Source: Paragordius varius
Lineage: Eukaryota; Animalia; Nematomorpha
Direction: 5' to 3'
Length of the DNA stretch: 64,000 bases
Assembly: GCA_964247055.1 (NCBI GenBank)
Contig: OZ176055.1
Span: forward strand, 124,001 to 188,000
The notes under the pieces are model-generated. The model was not told the origin of the DNA and ran no database searches. It was given only the letters and a program-made list of their open reading frames with translations. Shown piece by piece: positions 57,222 through 64,000 of this stretch (positions are counted from its first letter, which is position 1; each line of letters starts with the position of its first letter). Both the position numbers and the translations under genes were made by a program.

Positions 57222-60200
57222 TTATGAAATTGATTCAAAGTATTCCAACGCTTTGCGTGAAAATAAAAGCTTAGCTTCCTTTAAATTTCCGTCCGTATTT
57301 TCTTGAGGCGAGGTTTGAACGATTTGTTGAACAATTCCTTCAATATTATTTGGTCTAAAGCATAATTTTTTTTGGAAAAAAACCTTAAAATATTTTTTAC
57401 AAATACAGTAAAACTTGAAATTATACGGACGGACAAAACGTAAAAATATAAAGACAAATATTTTTTCAAAATACATAACACCATACTTTTAAAATCTTGA
57501 TTGTTTTCAATAATACTCATTGTTTTATACTCCAAAGTATTGTATAGAGATGTATATTGGTAATAAAATCAACAATTTTACCATTGTTAATAAATGATTT
57601 TAAAAGGATAATTCAAGGTTTAAAAATGTATGCTTTTCTTTTCGAAAATATTTTTAATCTTTTTTATATTCCTACGTTTTGTCCGTATAATTTCATTTTT
57701 TACTGTAATACTAATTTGAACAAACCGAATTTTTGTTAGGCTTAGCAATTCTGCATTAGAAGCAATCATAAAAGGACTAAAACCATCTGTTTGTCCAGCC
57801 ACCGAACTTCGTAACGCCAATAGTTTTTGATAAATTTTGACTTTATCCGTGTTGGTATGAGAAAAGACATTATTATCAGAATTGCTATTTGAATTATTAT
57901 TAATGTTTGTGCTTTCGTTATTAATGAAACTTTTTTCAGTGTTCAGATTTTCCTCTAAAAAATATATATATACCATTTACAGTTCAAATTCAGCCTTGAA
58001 CAATTCAAATTCACACTAGAACAATTCAAATTCACCCTTGAACAATTCAAATTCACCCTTGAACAATTCAAATTCACCCTTGAACAATTCAAATTCACCC
58101 TCGAACAATTCAAATTCACCCTAAAAATAAATTATGTGTTTTCGAACTAATATAAATCATTATTTATATAAAATATATTAAGGCATAATTCATTATTTTT
58201 CAGTATTATTTTAATTTAAAACAAAATTTTATATTTTAAAAATATATTAAAATATAAGTAATTTTTGATTTTAAAAAACATGTTATTTATTTGAGGGTGA
58301 ATTTGAATTGTTCGAGGGTGAATTTGAATTGTTCAAGGGTGAATTCGAATCGTAGGGTGAATTTGAATTGTTTAAGGGTGAATTTGAACTCTAAATGGTA
58401 TATTTATAGTATAGATAAATATTTTAAGGACAAAATGTGAAAATTAAAGACAAATATCATGTTAAAAAGACACCACCATATTATTAATTAAAAATTCATT
58501 TTTTAAAAATAACTCTCGTTGTTTTAAACTGCAAAGTATCAAATAGAAATTGGTAACAAAATTAATGATATATTTTACAATTATAAATAGCTCAAATAGG
58601 GAAAATCAAGATTTTAAAAAAGTATATAAGTCTCTTTTGAGATAAAATTTTTATCTTTATATTTTTACGTTTTGCCCCGTACAATTTCAATGTTTACTTA
58701 TTTATCAAGAAACCTTACTACAATATCATCTATGGTAAAACTATATAAATTTACTCATATTTTTTTCCGTTTGTACATTAACAGCTGTTGATATGGTTTT
58801 AGATGCGGTAGACAACTCTTTCAAACAGGCCTGGGTAAAGAATGATCGTTTAATAAACAGTGTAGGGGTTGAATTTTCAGCATTATGATTTGTTACTGAT
58901 GATAACCAATTTACACCCTTTGGACTAATTTGAAGCGTGGATCCATAATATTTGGGAATTTTGGCGTTCTTTACATACTTTTCCACAATATATTCCTCCT
59001 CGATTAATGCTTTAGCTAAGTAAGATACAGTAAAAATTGAAATTATAAGGACAAAACGCATTATTATATAAAGACATTTTTTTTTTCAGAAAATCGCTGA
59101 ATATTTTATAAATTTATTTTTTTTGAATAAAACTCATTTTTGCAAATTGTAAAGTATAAAATAGAGATATACATTGGTAAAACAATCAATTATGTATTTA
59201 ATTGTATTATATACTTTATCTAAGAAACATCAAGTTTCAACGAACTATGGTCACCTTTCGACAAAAAAATTGTGTTTGATTTTTGCGTTTTGTCCGTATA
59301 ATTTCAATTATTGCTTTAAAAATAAAGATGCTAAAATTCGCACAACTACCTTAGATATATAAGTGCTAAAAACATTGCTGTATAAAAATTTTTACCTGGT
59401 GATTAATCAAAATCGGTATTAGTAAAATAAATTTTATTTTAATAAAAAAACCTAATTCTTTCCACCAGTGCTCTGTATAGGATTGACCTTTGCCAAAATA
59501 AACGCTTTTTTTATGCCACGGACGTAATCTTTTGTTTTGAGAACCCCTGAGAATCAGAATTATACTTGAAAGTCCATATAAACCGCGTAATTCCCTCACG
59601 GTAGAAAGAAAAACATGAGTTTGTGGACCCACATTCAATTCATTAGAATTAAAAGCTTCCCCATTTTTTTCTAAAAACAACAACAGTGAATTGAAAATAT
59701 AATGACAAAACATAAATATATAAGGACAAATATTTTTTCTAAAAGACAATCCCAGACTTTTTAAATCAGGTTTGGTTAAAAATTTAAGACATTGTTTTCT
59801 GCAAAGTATAAAATAGCAATGTAAATTCGTAATACTAAATTATCGATTTTACCAATTTTAACGATTTAGATCATTACATAAAAATAAGATTACCAAAGTA
59901 TAGATGGTGACTTTATAAAATAAAATTTTTTGTCATTTTATCAAATTTAAATCCTTACTGTAATCCTTTGCTGGTATTAAAGTTTGACTGCTGGAATCAA
60001 ACATTAGTTTTGAGGGTATATTCAAACTCTTCTGTATTTTACTTTGCCATTCACCATCATTTATATGTTGAGTTTGATTTTGGGAATTGGTATTTAAAGG
60101 GTCATTTTCGTTTTTTTCATGTGGAATATTTTGTGTGACAGTCGTCGCCATACTTTTTAACCGTTTTTCCATACGTCTACCATCATAAATATGATTTAAT

Positions 60201-60801
60201 TTTTTTGACATAAGAATCAGTAAAACAAAAAATAGAGTTTAAAAACGTAAAAATTCATTGATTTGTTTAAAAAAGTGATTAAAATTAAAAGGTAATGAAA
60301 ATTGGATAACTTGATATTTTAAGCCAAATTTATCTTAAACAACTAAATAATTTAATATACCTAATAGAATTACCAATCAAAAAAAATAATTTCTTTCTTG
60401 AACAAGCAAAACCTAATATTACCAATTTGATTAAATAAATTTGATATACCCAAAAGAATTACCAATTCAAAAAATTTTCTTTCATAAATTACAAATAAAA
60501 CCTAATTTTACCAATTTTTTAAAATAATTGAAAAATGATTTTTTAATCAAAATTGTTAATCAATCTTAACTTAATTTTCGAGCAATTATCACAACAGCTA
60601 TATAACATTGGTTGAAACGTATCAGAGTTAGTAGTTTGTTGCTCTTCAGAATTAACATTAGGCGCCATAAAATAGGATAATAAAAACTGCCTTCGACATT
60701 CCACCTCTAAATTACAATAAGCTTCTATGGCTTTCACCATTTTGATTTGTTGATTAATGACTGCTTGTCGCGATTTTAATTGACCATTTGCTGCAAAATT
60801 T
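57222..60801 (-). CDS. WRN: WRN-like RecQ helicase, C-terminal part (Zn-binding, RQC winged helix, HRDC); helicase core not in the window
   Basis: Exons 60801-60571, 60176-59959, 59670-59452, 59015-58755, 57954-57726, 57354-57222 (TAA), all phase-compatible. Motifs: CRRQFLLSYF...CCDNC; VGPQTHVFLSTVRELRGLYGLSSIILILRGSQNKRL...FGKGQSYTEHWWKEL (close to the WRN RQC); IYQKLLALRSSVA...FMIASNAELLSLTKIRP (HRDC). Confidence 0.85.
57406..57705. mobile_element. Family A MITE, WRN intron
   Basis: TA|CAGT...ACTG|TA. It fills 300 of the 371 nt of the intron. Confidence 0.85.
57971..58400. mobile_element. Family B foldback-like element, WRN intron
   Basis: About 7 subrepeats on the left and about 4 on the right; flanked by TA runs. 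Confidence 0.85.
58425..58700. mobile_element. Family A MITE, WRN intron
   Basis: Inner TIR parts at both ends, adjacent to a family B element. Confidence 0.7.
59028..59312. mobile_element. Family A MITE, WRN intron
   Basis: The left TIR is intact and lies about 10 nt from the acceptor AG at 59017-59016. Confidence 0.78.
60290..60530. repeat. Intronic ~90-bp tandem repeat, 2-3 copies
   Basis: GAATTACCAAT and ACCTAAT..TACCAATTT recur at a ~90-nt offset. Confidence 0.6.
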
Positions 60802-60856
60802 CTAATGCATAAAGAAAATAAAAATTTTCCATCAATTAATTTCAATTCCAAGTATA

Positions 60857-61156
60857 CAGTAAAAATTGAAATTATACGAAAGGACAAAAGGAAAAAATAT
60901 AAAGAATTATTAGTCTAAAAGACAACCCCATACTTTTTATGTCTTGATTTTTTATTACATAAGCTACTTGATTACATTTTTTAATGATATAATTGAATGC
61001 ATTAACAATTTACATATATAATCACTATTTCGCAACCCAAAATAATGAGTAAATTATGAATAAATTGAATATAAAAAATATAGGGTTGTGTTTTAGAAAA
61101 ATATTTGTCTTTATATTTTTACGTTTTAACCTAATGTAAAATTTCAATTTTTACTG
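60857..61156. mobile_element. Family A MITE, WRN intron
   Basis: TA|CAGT...ACTG|TA with full TIRs. Confidence 0.85.
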
Positions 61157-62156
61157 TATTTATACTTTCAAATAACCTAAATTAATATTATTATAAATAC
61201 AGTAGTTATTGATATTAAACAGACAAAATGTAATAATATATGGACAATTATTTATTTATAAAAGATCGCTATACTTTTTACTAAATTTCCTCAAATTTGT
61301 CCTTATATTTTTACATTTTGTCCATATAATTTCAATTTTTACAGTATATTCCTTAAAGAAGTACAAACTAAATCAATATCATAATACTACGGTTATCCTG
61401 TTTTTTTATATTAACAAACACTAACCGTGTCACTTATATATATATATATATACGTAACCTTGTACCATTTTTTTGCGACAATGACATTATTTATACCATT
61501 TATATACAATCTTAAAAACAACATTTTTGCGTCTTAGTTATATAAAGTACATATTACCTACAGGTAAGTACCAAGGAAATGAAAAAAAATCAATAAAATA
61601 GTATATAGTTTTAGATATTGGGAATAATAGGAATCTACACTATGAACACAAAAATTAATTAATTAGTAAATAGGAGACCATTTTTTTGTATGGAAAAAAA
61701 CGAATTCTTATGTGGTAAATCCCCCTTTTTCCATATAATTAAAATCTAATATTTTTTTTCATTGCTCGCTGGTATATAAGGACAACATTGTACAATCCTA
61801 AAGATTTCTACAGCCAATTATTCAAAATTAATTGAATATTAATAATAATGGAATTGAAAAGTTAATTAATTAAACGGAAATGTTATACTACTATTTACGC
61901 AATTTAATTTATATTATTAACACACCTTTCCAATGTAGAAAAAAAATCCACAGATCTATCTCTACTGTCTATATAACTCCCACACAACATATACTAACTA
62001 TATACTAACTATTTTAATTAATTATTTATGAGAATTTTATACACATCAAACAAACCATTGCATAGAGAAGTGCCTACATAGTAATAAATTGGATCACATC
62101 AATTTTTATGCGTTATTTATGTATATAAATACGGCAAATAAAACCCTTGAATAATA

Positions 62157-63417
62157 ATGGAAGAAATATTTCCCAGTTATAAAAAGTTGTCCAATATCCC
62201 AAAGCAACGCCTAAAAGATATTTATGAAATATTCTCTGTCCTTGATAAGGATAAAGACGGTTCTATATCTGCCAAAGAAATTCATGATTTCCTAGTAACC
62301 TTAAAACTTGACCCTAGCGCCACAAAGTCAAAACCAAAATCAGCTGATACGGAAATTTCACCCCAAAATAATGAACAAGAACCCAAAATAAATCCAAATC
62401 TTGAATACGTTGTGGCGAATGAAGAATCGTCACGTGATAGTCACGATGCTGTCCCACGTGATATGGTTAGGGCTCTTTCGATTAGTTCTTCGACCGAGGA
62501 AACAAGATTGGCCAATGAAGGTGCAATAATTGGTTCATCGTCGCCGACTACACGTGATGCCAGAGCACGTGATGAAGGACCGCGGATAGAGGATAGGATT
62601 ATGCAACTTATTGATGTGGATAAGAGTGGTTCCATCGATTTCGAAGAATTTGCACGGATAGCGGATAAAGAATTACCGCTTAACCATAACATACGGCAAT
62701 CATTTAAAAAGCATAATAAGAATAAAAAACGGGCAAGTCCAACGTTGACACAAAAACAACAGCTCAGAAAACAATCCTCGACAACTGTGCGGACGACAGC
62801 ACAAAACGGTGATAATAAAAATCACAGAAGACTTACACATGGAAGCCAATCCCTTAGTTTTGCTAATGATGGCGCATATAATGATACCACCTCTAACTTT
62901 GCGGAAAAGAAAGAAGATAAAAAAGTAACCTTTAGATTACTTAAAAGAGCTTCAACCACCAATGAAGACATGTTGTTTGGACAAAAAAGAGGAGAAACCC
63001 CACAAAACCGTTATAATAAGCAGGCAGGTCAGCAAGAACGCCAAAACAATCAAGATACGTTATTGACTACACCACTCTTGTCGTCGAAGGAGGGTGGGAC
63101 TGTAAGCGGTGGCGATGAACAATCTATGCCTACAAAAGAAATGCAACCAATCCTCAAAACTAACATTAGTAATTTAGAATCACAACCAGAAGAATCAAAT
63201 GCTGGAAAAGAAAATTATAAGGCTCCTGAAACTGAAGGAGAGGGCGAGGAACAAGACGAAGACGTTGAAACTGACGATGAAGGCGAAAGGGAATATTTGG
63301 ATTTATTGCGTCACGTGTTCTCGGCCTTCGATGCGGATGGCGACGGATTCATCGATAGGGATGAAATCAAACGGGTGCTTCACGCCCTTGGACTTGACAT
63401 TACGGAAAAGGGATTAG
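62157..63417 (+). CDS. Calmodulin-like EF-hand protein with long disordered inserts; first coding exon, 3' end probably beyond the window
   Basis: A 420-codon open exon with three canonical EF loops (DKDKDGSISAKE, DVDKSGSIDFEE, DADGDGFIDRDE) ends at a donor ttag|gtatat. The expected fourth EF-hand exon was not found before 64000. Confidence 0.85.
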
Positions 63418-63945
63418 GTATATATTATGGTTTTTGTTTTTAAATTGCATTGTCTCGTATTAATGAATGATAGATACTATATACTCGGCGAAAGATGAAA
63501 AAAAGAGTTTTTTCATATTGGTTTATACCTTAGTTGTTCACGATATTTTCGATGATGTATAAATTAGAGGCCGTTCCCCTTTTCTCATATTGGAAGAAAA
63601 TTGACAATAATAATGGTTTATTGATAGAATGTAATGTTGATATTGTAGTTGTTTTAAAAAGATTAAATAATTTCTTTAAGTGGTAGAATGATATGTAAAT
63701 AAAATTTTTACGAGATATAGTTAGGAATCGTCTGCTAATAGTACATAATGACATTATTATAAAGAAAACTTTCAATATTTTTTTAGTTTCATATCTCATT
63801 AAATATTTTTACTTGTTACTTTAATTTTTGGTTTATATTTTAATTTTATTTTTTACGTTTGAAAAAGATTCCTAGTAGTAATCGAAAATTCACCCCAATA
63901 AATTTATATATTAGCTGAATTATAATTGCAATAATAATATAAGTA

Positions 63946-64000
63946 TACCATTTACAGTTCAAATTCACCCTTAAACAATTCAAATTCACCTTCGAACAAT
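63946..64000. mobile_element. Family B element, left arm cut by the window end
   Basis: TACCATTTACAGTTCAAATTCACCCTTAAACAATTCAAATTCACC. Confidence 0.75.

Noticed and set aside
57281-57535. Recurrent short ORFs with similar peptides ([20 protein letters not shown]; also 2499-2798, 54352-54570, 56834-57073, 59174-59362)
   Set aside because: All derive from family A MITE TIRs, so they do not form a protein family.
62441-62692. Minus-strand ORF within the EF-hand exon as a possible WRN exon
   Set aside because: It has no RecQ motifs and is the antisense shadow of the plus-strand gene.
63531-63561. Candidate next EF-hand exon (VVHDIFDDV*)
   Set aside because: It stops before a Ca-binding loop could form, so the true exon is more likely beyond the window.

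Overview
AT-rich, intron-rich metazoan genomic DNA; the species cannot be determined from this window. I found no rRNA, tRNA or CRISPR array. Genes were reconstructed by hand from GT-AG splice sites with matching exon phases. (1) 3' two-thirds of exocyst Sec6/EXOC3 (+, <854-6619). (2) A 32-exon, about 2,500-aa type-I membrane protein (-, 9144-27591): signal peptide, ConA/LamG-like part, six LamG domains, one neurexin-type EGF, an extensin-like Pro/Tyr insert, a TM helix, and a cytoplasmic 7-8-blade WD40 propeller. This architecture is the most unusual feature of the window. (3) A trypsin-fold serine protease with an atypical S1 pocket (-, 41522-43328). (4) An Aurora-A-like kinase with a ~265-aa C-terminal extension (+, ~51195-56656). 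(5) The C-terminal half (Zn/RQC/HRDC) of a WRN-like RecQ helicase (-, 57222->60801). (6) A calmodulin-like EF-hand protein with very long inserts (+, 62157->63417), apparently nested antisense in a WRN intron. Mobile DNA comprises about 20 copies of a ~300-bp TA-flanked Tc1/mariner-type MITE, almost all intronic; 8 copies of a foldback-like element with 21-bp subrepeats; a 3.2-kb hAT element with perfect 8-bp TSDs and an internal inverted transposase duplicate; an RTE-LINE 3' remnant; a Helitron-like 3' end; and small hAT/MITE remnants. All gene models are manual and need RNA-seq confirmation.
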